IMG/VR virus record: IMGVR_UViG_3300020576_002722
Coordinates: 1-64,000 of that record
DNA length: 64,000 nt
Strand: one strand, 5' to 3'
From: a virus
Taxonomy: Duplodnaviria > Heunggongvirae > Uroviricota > Caudoviricetes
The notes under the pieces were generated by a model that saw only the letters and a program-made list of their open reading frames with translations, had not been told where the DNA came from and ran no database searches. The position numbers were made by a program, and so were the translations under genes. Within the stretch, counting starts at the first letter, position 1. The number at the start of each line of letters is the position of its first letter. Below are positions 20,409-27,692 of the stretch, in pieces.

Positions 20409-21521
20409 ATGGAAGTAGTAGTAACGACAGGCCAGGTAGCCATCTACGAGGACACGGTAGCGACCAGCGCACCGGTGATCCTGAACGGGAAGTGCATCAT
20501 CCGCATCGAGTCGATCGACGGGAACAAGTACCAGAACGGTGCGTCCGTTTCCGATCCAGCGCTTCCGTACGACGGAGCGCCGTATACCAGCAACCCGCAA
20601 TGGGTCATCGTGCTCGTGCAGAACGATCGCGCCATCGAGAAGCTGGAGATGGGCAAGATTACCAACCACCTGGGCGACTGGACCAACGACCTGGCTGGCA
20701 CCATTCAGGCAGCCACTGATCTCTCTGTCGCGTTCCAGTCCCCTGGAGGAGGTGGTGGCGGCATCGATACAATAGACGGTGGAACCACTGGATACTCATT
20801 CTCGGCTGGTCCAAACAGCGTTATGACCGGGTCTCCGGTCGTACCAATACCGTACGGACGAACGATATTCGTTGACAACGAATTAGGGTCTGATACCACT
20901 GGGACGCCATACCGATTCGACCTGCCTTATGCTACATTCGCAGCCGCCATCGAGGACGCCTCAAATGGTGACACTGTCGTTCTGCGCCCATCATGCTCGG
21001 ACACGATAGCTGACTCTGTTTCGTCTCCAGGAAGCCTCCATATCGTTATAGAACCAGGGATACATAACAGCTCCATCATCGTGGCTATCACAGAGAGTGC
21101 TACCACGTGGAGCATATACGGTCCAGGTTGTACGATAAACACTGTGACCATCAATGGAGGTTCGAGACTGATAATGACCGTCAGGGGCACGAGCAATGTT
21201 ACTATCCTGGGCTCGTCTATACTTGATCTATACGGAAACGTGGATGGGTACGTTGTCGTATCTGGAACGGTAACCCTGAACAATGGAGTAGCCGGTTCGG
21301 CTATCCAAATAAATGACGGGTCTACCACTACTTTGACCAACTACCACGCAGCGGGTGGCATCGACTGCCCCGGCATAGGCGTTAACGTAGATGCTCGTTC
21401 ATCCAGTACCACAGCCATCACTGGACCTGTCTCTATCAATGGCGACATGTTCACCATAGCATCAGGTGGGGCTGGCTCTGTGGCCACGCAGTCGGCTGAC
21501 GGAAGTTGGACTTGGGTATAA
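20409..21521 (+). CDS. tailspike-like protein (adaptor N-domain, Gly linker, right-handed beta-helix-like C-domain)
   Basis: A GGGGGG linker is followed by IFVDNELGSDTTGTPYRFDLPYATFAAAIEDASNGDTVVLRP, which is typical of the start of pectate-lyase-fold tailspikes. Repetitive short beta-strand motifs follow. Confidence 0.6.
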   Translation: MEVVVTTGQVAIYEDTVATSAPVILNGKCIIRIESIDGNKYQNGASVSDPALPYDGAPYTSNPQWVIVLVQNDRAIEKLEMGKITNHLGDWTNDLAGTIQAATDLSVAFQSPGGGGGGIDTIDGGTTGYSFSAGPNSVMTGSPVVPIPYGRTIFVDNELGSDTTGTPYRFDLPYATFAAAIEDASNGDTVVLRPSCSDTIADSVSSPGSLHIVIEPGIHNSSIIVAITESATTWSIYGPGCTINTVTINGGSRLIMTVRGTSNVTILGSSILDLYGNVDGYVVVSGTVTLNNGVAGSAIQINDGSTTTLTNYHAAGGIDCPGIGVNVDARSSSTTAITGPVSINGDMFTIASGGAGSVATQSADGSWTWV

Positions 21522-21543
21522 TTACAGCACCATCTATCGCAAC

Positions 21544-22017
21544 ATGAGCGTACGACGCATTGAACAGGTCATGATGCAGGTGTTTTCCTTTGGGGACAAC
21601 ACTGTATCCAAGGTGATCACTGTGATCCTGTCGGCGGCAGCTGGATTCATCGCCCCCATCTGGCCTTTCCTGGCCCTGTCGTTCGTGCTTTCCGGATTCG
21701 ACCTGTACACTGGTTGGCGCAAGAGTAAGAAGCTGACCGGATCATCAGTAACATCCAAGGGGCTCGGAGGAACAGTAGAGAAGATTGTCCTGTACAGTCT
21801 GGCCATCCTGCTGGCCGAGGGCGTGCGAGTGGTGTTCGGCCTGGATGACATTTGGGGTCTCAATAAGATGACCTACGTGGTGGCTGGACTGATCGCGTGG
21901 CGTGAGCTTCTGAGTTGTTTTGAGAACATCTCCATAGTGATAGGTTGGGACCTTGTCGGTGAGTTCAAGGAGGCTATAAGGAATGGCGTGGCATCCATCT
22001 TCAGGAGCAAGTCTTAG
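21544..22017 (+). CDS. holin (LL-H/holin_4-like)
   Basis: The start MSVRRIEQV is chosen after the upstream stop. There are several TM segments and the motif GFDLYTGWRKSKKLTGSSVTSKGLGGTVEKIVLY, which resembles the DxxTG...S...G..KK core of this holin family. Confidence 0.65.
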   Translation: MSVRRIEQVMMQVFSFGDNTVSKVITVILSAAAGFIAPIWPFLALSFVLSGFDLYTGWRKSKKLTGSSVTSKGLGGTVEKIVLYSLAILLAEGVRVVFGLDDIWGLNKMTYVVAGLIAWRELLSCFENISIVIGWDLVGEFKEAIRNGVASIFRSKS

Positions 22018-22543
22018 CGAACTCTTTGTGTAGCCTTTTGGCTGCATCAACGTATGCCTCATGAGCCTTTTGTGGATCGTCAAACACGCCCAGGTAGTAG
22101 TGCTTTTTGTTGGCTCCTATCTGGGCGACCCATTTGTTGCACTCCTTACTCCACGACACCCCTTTGAATCCGCTCTTGTTCCTGGAGTCCATGCTTCGAT
22201 TCATGTTGTTTTGACTCCTAGTAGCGAGCCTGAGATTGGACAGGGAGTTATTCCAGGGGTTATTGTCGATGTGATCAATGACCATTCCTTTGGGGATCAC
22301 CCTCCCCAGCATGGACCAGATGACATGATGCGCCGCCATCCTTTTGTAGTCAACACATACGGTTACCTGAAGGGCGGATCCATCTGGTTTTGTGCTTTTG
22401 CTTCCGGCCACCTTTCCGAGGTCGCGAACAAGGAACGTGTTGTAAGCCTGATTGCTTCCAAAGGACTCTCTTGGGCGCATCTTGAACGTAAGGTCCCCAG
22501 AGATGGGATCATAGTTGAATCGGTCAGAAAGGTTGGTGGTCAT
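22001..22543 (-). CDS. HNH-AP2 homing endonuclease
   Basis: Only the C-terminal 180 aa of track ORF 22001..23650 are credible. They carry IDHIDNNPWNNSLSNLRLATRSQN (HNH_3) followed by GFKGVSWSKECNKWVAQIGANKKHYYLGVFDDPQKAHEAYVDAAKRLHKEFA (AP2). The locus has lower GC and is convergent with the holin gene, overlapping its last 17 nt. Confidence 0.85.
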   Translation of the reverse strand: MTTNLSDRFNYDPISGDLTFKMRPRESFGSNQAYNTFLVRDLGKVAGSKSTKPDGSALQVTVCVDYKRMAAHHVIWSMLGRVIPKGMVIDHIDNNPWNNSLSNLRLATRSQNNMNRSMDSRNKSGFKGVSWSKECNKWVAQIGANKKHYYLGVFDDPQKAHEAYVDAAKRLHKEFAKTCS

Positions 22544-22565
22544 GCTTGTTTGTAATTGCAATATG

Positions 22566-22573
22566 CAAACATA
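22566..22573 (-). promoter_or_regulatory. TAnnTTTG -7 box (TATGTTTG) for the HNH-AP2 gene
   Basis: The sense strand reads CGTATGTTTGCATATTGCAATTACAAACAAGC-ATG, with 22 nt to the start codon. Confidence 0.45.
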
Positions 22574-22765
22574 CGACAAAGTCTTGACGCCACCCCAGCA
22601 AGAAGGCTTGATTTGCATGTTCCGGAAATCGTTGTACATTCGCCGCCGTGGAGCGTAGGTCTGTCTACCATCCCGAGGGGAGAAAGTCTTCGTCAGCCCT
22701 GTCGGTAGGTCTTCGGCAGTACCACCACATCGAGCCCGCTCCCATTCCAACGAAACCACCCACAC

Positions 22766-23770
22766 ATGGCAGGAAAGCAAAGCGTTGCAGGGCAGATCGT
22801 AGAGCAGTATTGCAAGGACTTCCCGAAGATCAACAACGGAAGGCTGGCAAGAAAGATCGCAGAGGAACACCCACAGCTGGGGACCAGTGAGAAGATCCGA
22901 TGGCAGGTAAGGTTCTACCGTCTCCAGGCCGGGAAGACGCACCGCGACACCAGGAAGAAGAACGGTCACGCTCACATGGAGAAGGAGTCCGCTTCGAGCA
23001 ATGTGTACGAGCTTCCTGAGCCACGCATCATTGAGCGGGTCCCGTTCAAGATGCCAAGCTCGATCCGCAAGCTGCTTGTGTTCTCGGACATCCACGTACC
23101 GTACCACGACATGGACGTGGTCAAGCGTGGCATCGAGTTCGGCAAGAGCGAGGGGTGCGATGGGATTCTGCTGAACGGCGACACAATGGATATGTGTGGG
23201 CCATCGTCGCATGATCCGGATCCACGCAGCCTGGACCTTCCGTCCGAGCTGGAGGATGGACGCCAGTTCCTCAGGCACCTGAGGAATAAGTTCCCTAACA
23301 TCCCCATCTACTTCAAGGACGGGAATCACGAGAATAGGCTGGAGCGATATCTGATCAAGCAGGCACCCGTCCTGCTTGGCGTGGATGATTTCGAGCTGCG
23401 CAGCCTGCTCCGCATGGGCGAAGTGGGCATCCAGTGGATCGGCGACAAGCGCCTGTTCCTGGCCGGCAAGCTGGTCATCATACATGGCCACGAGTACAAG
23501 GGCGCGGGTGGTGTCAATCCGGCCAGGTGGCTCTCGCTGCGCACGTCCGGATCGATCATGTGTGGTCACTTCCACCGAAGCTCCTCGCACTTCTCCAAGT
23601 CCATCATGGACGAGATCTCTGGTGCCTGGTCTACCGGATGCATGTGCCACATGAGTCCCGACTACTCACCGTACAACCAGTGGAACCACGGGTTCGCGAT
23701 GGTCCACGTCAACAAGGACAAGACCTTCGAGGTTGAGAACAAGATGATGATCGGTGGCAAGGTACGATGA
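22766..23770 (+). CDS. calcineurin-like metallophosphoesterase
   Basis: The motifs appear in canonical order: FSDIHVPYHD, NGDTMD, GNHENR, IIHGHE, GHFH. Confidence 0.85.
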   Translation: MAGKQSVAGQIVEQYCKDFPKINNGRLARKIAEEHPQLGTSEKIRWQVRFYRLQAGKTHRDTRKKNGHAHMEKESASSNVYELPEPRIIERVPFKMPSSIRKLLVFSDIHVPYHDMDVVKRGIEFGKSEGCDGILLNGDTMDMCGPSSHDPDPRSLDLPSELEDGRQFLRHLRNKFPNIPIYFKDGNHENRLERYLIKQAPVLLGVDDFELRSLLRMGEVGIQWIGDKRLFLAGKLVIIHGHEYKGAGGVNPARWLSLRTSGSIMCGHFHRSSSHFSKSIMDEISGAWSTGCMCHMSPDYSPYNQWNHGFAMVHVNKDKTFEVENKMMIGGKVR

Positions 23771-24294
23771 TCGAGAAGCTGCTGGAGATGGCCGTCGAGT
23801 TCGCCGAGAGGCTGACGCCTGTGTACTTCGTCAAGGAGTACCAGCGAGGGGTCATGTTCCGTGGCGGCAGGTTTAAGGGAGAGATCACGCCAGGCACCCA
23901 CTTCAAGTGGCCGATATTCGATGACATCGAAGTGTTCCTGGTGGCCACTACAACGATGGCTCTTCCAGCGCAGAGCGTCACCACCCGTGACGGCCGCAAT
24001 GTAGTGATCAAGTCCAGGATCAAGTACAGGGTAAGCAACGTCAAGGTGTTCGGTGTCGAGGTGGCCGACGCGCTCGATGCACTCAGCGACATGGTGTGCG
24101 GGATCCAGTTCGACCTGATCCGATCGATGACATGGGAGGAGTCGTGCCTGGCCAACCTGGACGAGGTGATCACAGCCGACGCCAAGAAGGAGGCCAAGAA
24201 GTGGGGCATCACCATCGAGAAGGTGACCGTGACCGACTACTCCGAGATGCGATCGATACGCCTGTTCAACGAGGGCGGCAAGGTGACCGACTAA
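23767..24294 (+). CDS. SPFH/band-7 (prohibitin/HflK-like) domain protein
   Basis: ATGA overlap with the upstream gene. The sequence VKEYQRGVMFRGGRF...PGTHFKWPIFDDIEVF...TRDGRNVVIKSRIKYRV is the typical SPFH core. Confidence 0.8.
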   Translation: MIEKLLEMAVEFAERLTPVYFVKEYQRGVMFRGGRFKGEITPGTHFKWPIFDDIEVFLVATTTMALPAQSVTTRDGRNVVIKSRIKYRVSNVKVFGVEVADALDALSDMVCGIQFDLIRSMTWEESCLANLDEVITADAKKEAKKWGITIEKVTVTDYSEMRSIRLFNEGGKVTD

Positions 24295-24334
24295 CGATTC
24301 GTCACAAAGTACTTGACGTATCAGGAATCTCTCT

Positions 24335-24342
24335 TACATTTG
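24335..24342 (+). promoter_or_regulatory. class I -7 box TACATTTG (context CTTACATTTGGGGC) upstream of the tRNA cluster
   Basis: The same extended motif TTAC(A/C)TTTG(C/G)GG occurs at 45075(-), 50895(-), 51567(+), 52061(+) and 54108(+). This copy lies 37 nt before the first tRNA-like gene. Confidence 0.5.
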
Positions 24343-24378
24343 GGGCGTCATTGTCAATGGGGGTTGGGTTTTGATGGA

Positions 24379-24448
24379 GGCCGTGTAGCTCAGTTGGTAG
24401 AGCAGCCCCGACCGGGGTTGGTCGCAGGTTCGAGTCCTGCCACGGGTT
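24379..24448 (+). tRNA. tRNA-like gene with a defective anticodon arm (pseudo-tRNA or anticodon-less tRNA mimic)
   Basis: Parse: GGCCGTG-TA-GCTC-AGTTGGTA-GAGC-A-GCCCC-GACC-GGGGT-TGGTC-GCAGG-TTCGAGT-CCTGC-CACGGGT-T. The D- and T-arms are canonical. The anticodon arm is 3 nt short (4-nt or at best 6-nt loop), so no 7-nt anticodon loop can be drawn. There is a G2:G71 mismatch. Confidence 0.45.
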
Positions 24449-24570
24449 CAGGGAGTTCTTTTCTTCATGGTAGCAAAGGCGGGGTGATCACCGCCGAACT
24501 GGTAGTCGGAAGGCCGCAAGCCGGAGACGTTGTACCACATACGGCCTGTTATAGGACTTGGGGCCGTGCC

Positions 24571-24642
24571 GGACGGGTAGCTCAGATGGTAGAGCAGCCG
24601 CCTGAAAAGCGGTGGCCGGTCGTTCGAGTCGACCCCTGTCCA
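24571..24642 (+). tRNA. tRNA-Phe: tRNA-Phe (anticodon GAA)
   Basis: Cloverleaf drawn by hand: GGACGGG-TA-GCTC-AGATGGTA-GAGC-A-GCCGC-CTGAAAA-GCGGT-GGCC-GGTCG-TTCGAGT-CGACC-CCTGTCC-A. No encoded CCA. Confidence 0.9.
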
Positions 24643-24757
24643 CTATATGGCGGCGTAGCTAACCGCAAAGCTGGCAGATGTTGGGATGAACGCATATACT
24701 CCCGGCCCACGTTCAGAGATGCCACACAGCGCTGCTTTATTGACTCGGGCGCGAAAT

Positions 24758-24829
24758 TGGACAGTAGCACAGCGGTAGTGCAGCTCCCTGTTAAGGAGCA
24801 GGTCGGTGGTTCGATCCCATCCTGTTCAG
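24758..24829 (+). tRNA. tRNA-Asn: tRNA-Asn (anticodon GTT)
   Basis: TGGACAG-TA-GCAC-AGCGGTA-GTGC-A-GCTCC-CTGTTAA-GGAGC-AGGTC-GGTGG-TTCGATC-CCATC-CTGTTCA-G. Confidence 0.9.
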
Positions 24830-25069
24830 CAAACAAGCGTGTGCCCTGGCAAGGGTTTTGCTCCACGCCCGAAGTCACACACCCTTCAAGTGTGGCCTAT
24901 GTTTATGGGTGACGCGCCGGAGAGACGGCACCATTAGTAGCCAATGGTCCTGACGGGTAAAGCCGTGGGTAAAGCTACCATCCCGTGGGTGGAAACACGT
25001 GCAATGTGAACCGGCACATGACAGTGTATAAAACAACGGTGACTTGGTGCTTCAGAGAAAGTACCGCCT

Positions 25070-25141
25070 GCGCGGATGGTGTAATTGGTAGCATGTCAGC
25101 CTTCCAAGCTGAGGGTGCGGGTTCAAGTCCCGCTCTGCGCT
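25070..25141 (+). tRNA. tRNA-Gly: tRNA-Gly (anticodon TCC)
   Basis: GCGCGGA-TG-GTGT-AATTGGTA-GCAT-G-TCAGC-CTTCCAA-GCTGA-GGGT-GCGGG-TTCAAGT-CCCGC-TCTGCGC-T. The discriminator T at 25141 is followed by C, then the ATG of the next gene at 25143. Confidence 0.9.
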
Positions 25142-25142
25142 C

Positions 25143-25535
25143 ATGGTGCGAATCGTATCCCATACCAGGATCAAGAAGCTCAGTGGCAAGGGCTACTGGA
25201 TATCGAAGATCTGTGTGCTCGATGAGCGCGGAAACACCGTGTTCGATTGCTACGCCCTGGAGGATGCGGCTGAGTGCCCTCCGGTAGGTACATGGGAGCT
25301 TGTCCTGGAGTACTCGCCCAAGTTCGGCAGGAAGCTGTACGAGATGAAGGGGATACCTGGCAGGGCCGAGATCAAGTACCACGTCGGAAACACCTTGGCC
25401 GACACCGACGGGTGCCCGCTACTCGGAGCCAACTACATCGGCAACACTGTCAATGGATCACGCCTAGCGCTTGATCGATTCATGAGGGCCATGCGTGGCG
25501 TCGACTGCACGACGGTCACCATATCGATCCAATAG
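25143..25535 (+). CDS. DUF5675-family protein (possible YkuD-like cell-wall enzyme)
   Basis: 130 aa. The sequence GTWELVLEYSPKFGRKLYEMKGIPGRAEIKYHVGNTLADTDGCPLLG matches my memory of the DUF5675 signature. Its H-x-G-N...D-G-C spacing resembles the H...GC catalytic motif of L,D-transpeptidase folds, which is inference. Confidence 0.7.
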   Translation: MVRIVSHTRIKKLSGKGYWISKICVLDERGNTVFDCYALEDAAECPPVGTWELVLEYSPKFGRKLYEMKGIPGRAEIKYHVGNTLADTDGCPLLGANYIGNTVNGSRLALDRFMRAMRGVDCTTVTISIQ

Positions 25536-25538
25536 TCG

Positions 25539-25548
25539 TACCTTCGCA
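25539..25548 (+). promoter_or_regulatory. class II motif TACCTTCGCA
   Basis: Third copy of the decamer. It lies 3 nt after the DUF5675 stop and 24 nt before the hairpin at 25572. Confidence 0.35.
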
Positions 25549-25571
25549 CTCGTGTTCATGTGTGGTCAAGG

Positions 25572-25604
25572 CTCCAGGTCTGAAAGGATCTGGAGTTCTT
25601 GTTT
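25572..25604 (+). terminator. stem-loop plus T-tract (rho-independent terminator or 5'-UTR hairpin)
   Basis: CTCCAGGTC-TGAAAG-GATCTGGAG (9 bp including one G.T) is followed by TTCTTGTTT. The role is ambiguous because a promoter-like decamer lies just upstream. Confidence 0.5.
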
Positions 25605-26354
25605 ATGTGGGCACCAATGCCTATGTTTGACACCCCTATGAGGATCCTGTTCGCTGCCCTGATGCTCGTATCCTTGTTGGTACGCGGGCAATCCACATGC
25701 TCGACGGCAGCTCAGTTCTCGTACGGATGCGAGAACTTCCCACCACTGTATCCGGTTCAGGTGACCAGGTGCTACACCTTCCAGACGGGAGGATCGTCGG
25801 CCTACTACAACTTCTTGGTCACGGCCAACTGCTCCAACGACGTCATCTATTCCTTGTACAACCAAGAGTGCGATGTGCTGATCGACCAGAACATCTCCGG
25901 CGTCTTCAGCCTGATTCCGAATCAGGTGTACGTCGTGTGTGTGGACGTGGCCTGTACCAGCTCGGGCGGTATCAGGGCCATCTGTCCGTACGAGGAGTTC
26001 ACTCTTCCGATCGAGCTGCTCCGCTTCGATGCGCGTGCTGCGCAGGACGGTGTATCGGTGTCGTGGTCCACGGCCACCGAGCAGAACTCCTGGTACTTCA
26101 CCCTGTCCAGGTCCAATGACACGGAGCATTGGAGCCAAGAGGCCCAGATCCAGGCGGCCGGCAACAGCCAGAACACCATCAGGTACCAGTTCGTTGACCA
26201 TGAGCCCGCACTCGGCATCAGCTACTACAAGCTGGAGAGCGTTGACATCGACGGCAGCGCCCGCTTCATCGGCGTGGCCTCGGCCATCATGGTGTCGGGT
26301 GGAATTACATCATCCATTGATCCATACGACCTGATCGGTCGCCAAGTGAAATGA
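25605..26354 (+). CDS. secreted protein with signal peptide and a Bacteroidota-type C-terminal beta-sandwich/sorting-like domain
   Basis: The signal peptide MRILFAALMLVSLLVRGQS suggests the more likely start at 25638. The C-terminal region ELLRFDARAAQDGVSVSWSTATEQNSWYFTLSRSNDTEHW...GNSQNTIRYQFVDHEPALGISYYKLESVDIDG resembles a domain common in secreted Bacteroidota proteins. Confidence 0.65.
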   Translation: MWAPMPMFDTPMRILFAALMLVSLLVRGQSTCSTAAQFSYGCENFPPLYPVQVTRCYTFQTGGSSAYYNFLVTANCSNDVIYSLYNQECDVLIDQNISGVFSLIPNQVYVVCVDVACTSSGGIRAICPYEEFTLPIELLRFDARAAQDGVSVSWSTATEQNSWYFTLSRSNDTEHWSQEAQIQAAGNSQNTIRYQFVDHEPALGISYYKLESVDIDGSARFIGVASAIMVSGGITSSIDPYDLIGRQVK

Positions 26355-26824
26355 AGAACGACCTATTCCCAATGCCCAAGTGGTTCTTTCCGATACTCGT
26401 CACTGCGCTCATTGTGGTGCTGTCCGGGCTTCTCACTTCCTGCTCCCCAGAGAAGAAGCTGAACAGGCTTCTGATGAAGTACCCCGAGCTGCGCACCACC
26501 GACACGATCCATGACACCGTCGAGGCGATCGTGTCGTACGTACACACGGACACCGTATTCAAGCCGACCACGGGTGACACCGTTCGCCTGAGCGATGGCC
26601 GCCTGCGCGTGAAGTACGTGCGGATGCCGGGTGACACCGTATACCTGGCCGGAGAGTGCCTGGCTGACACCGTGCGCGTTCCGGTGGAGACCATCGTCGA
26701 ACGCGTGGCCCCCAAGGAGTTCGTAGACCGGACCCCCTGGTGGATCTGGCTGATCATCGCTGTGCTCGCCGCATTGGTAGCGCTGCCAAGGGTAACACAA
26801 TCGATCGCTATCCTGAGGAAGTGA
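26351..26824 (+). CDS. lipoprotein with C-terminal TM anchor (unimolecular-spanin-like architecture)
   Basis: ATGA overlap with the upstream gene. It has an N-terminal signal plus lipobox (VLSGLLTSC), a beta-rich middle region, and a C-terminal TM segment (WWIWLIIAVLAALVALP). This is the same topology as the T1 gp11-type u-spanin. Confidence 0.6.
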   Translation: MKNDLFPMPKWFFPILVTALIVVLSGLLTSCSPEKKLNRLLMKYPELRTTDTIHDTVEAIVSYVHTDTVFKPTTGDTVRLSDGRLRVKYVRMPGDTVYLAGECLADTVRVPVETIVERVAPKEFVDRTPWWIWLIIAVLAALVALPRVTQSIAILRK

Positions 26825-26914
26825 GAGGATACGTAGCGCGGATACAGTACACGGTATCCGAACGGATGGGCGAGTTCCCTCCACTGGACAAACAAGAACC
26901 ATACACATACGAAC

Positions 26915-27133
26915 ATGGCAAGACCAAGGCAGGAGGCATCGACATCACAGTCGAGCCGGGAGAAGATGGACAGGAGCATGACGCTCGTGTTCAGGAACGG
27001 AGCGAGGCATGTAGTCCACCCGACCAAGGCGTTCGAGGGTGACTGGAGGGGCCTGGCCGACTACATCGCCGGTGGCGAGCCGTACCAGATCGAGCGCCAA
27101 GTGAAACACGAAACACCTGAACCGAAGCAATGA
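26915..27133 (+). CDS. hypothetical protein (start uncertain)
   Basis: The frame is fixed by the ATGA overlap with the next gene at 27130. Alternative starts are at 26966 and 26978. Confidence 0.4.
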   Translation: MARPRQEASTSQSSREKMDRSMTLVFRNGARHVVHPTKAFEGDWRGLADYIAGGEPYQIERQVKHETPEPKQ

Positions 27134-27474
27134 GCACACAGATGGAGTTCCCTGGAGAGGGGCAATTCAAGGCCGAAATTCCCAAGGACTTCGACCCCAA
27201 GCAGATGATCGCTGACGCGGTCGATAAGCTGGAGGAGGAGATCCAACTCCCAAGGTCATTCCCAGGGATCCTGATGGTGGACCACAAGTTCACCGATGAC
27301 CCGGCCGTCAAGTACGAGCGTGCTCACGAGAAGAGGCGACTGAAGGCGTACCTCAAGGGACACCAGCGGTTCCAGCACGGGTGGCAGCCGGCCTATCCGA
27401 TCGGCCGCAGGCCCATCATGTTCCCCATGTACGAGGGACCCAAGAACGACAAACCAACACAAGCAAAAGCATGA
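27130..27474 (+). CDS. hypothetical protein (114 aa)
   Basis: ORF with ATGA coupling at both ends. Confidence 0.65.
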   Translation: MSTQMEFPGEGQFKAEIPKDFDPKQMIADAVDKLEEEIQLPRSFPGILMVDHKFTDDPAVKYERAHEKRRLKAYLKGHQRFQHGWQPAYPIGRRPIMFPMYEGPKNDKPTQAKA

Positions 27475-27692
27475 GAGAGCTGACCATTGGAGAGAAGCGG
27501 GTTCGCATTGAGTTCAACCCGAGCAACCAGGATAATGTCTTCCGGGTGAAGACCAAGATCGCAGAGCTGATCAATGAAGCAGAGGCCATCAAGGCTACGG
27601 TAACTGATCCTGAGGCAAAGCGTCTCGCAGCTCTCGCCTCCACTGATCTTGAGAACGCGGCCATGTGGCTGGTGAAAGCACTTACGGCATGA
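27471..27692 (+). CDS. small helical phage protein (73 aa)
   Basis: The start MRELTIGEKR overlaps the upstream stop (ATGA). The C-terminus LENAAMWLVKALTA resembles a widespread small phage protein family of unknown function, recalled from memory only. Confidence 0.55.
   Translation: MRELTIGEKRVRIEFNPSNQDNVFRVKTKIAELINEAEAIKATVTDPEAKRLAALASTDLENAAMWLVKALTA

Noticed and set aside
22544-23650. N-terminal 369 aa of the 549-aa minus-strand ORF 22001..23650
   Set aside because: This part is antisense to the well-supported metallophosphoesterase gene and looks non-coding. Only the C-terminal 180 aa (HNH-AP2), starting at the ATG at 22543, are credible.
24313-24912. 199-aa + strand ORF in the track
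   Set aside because: It runs straight through the tRNA-like gene, tRNA-Phe and tRNA-Asn, and its translation is low-complexity. It is an artefact of high GC content.
25000-25030. + strand GTGC-AATGTGAACCG-GCAC near the tRNA cluster as another ATGTGA hairpin
   Set aside because: Its orientation is opposite to the local direction of transcription, the loop is 11 nt, and it has no partner tRNA-like element or nearby start codon. It is probably a chance match.
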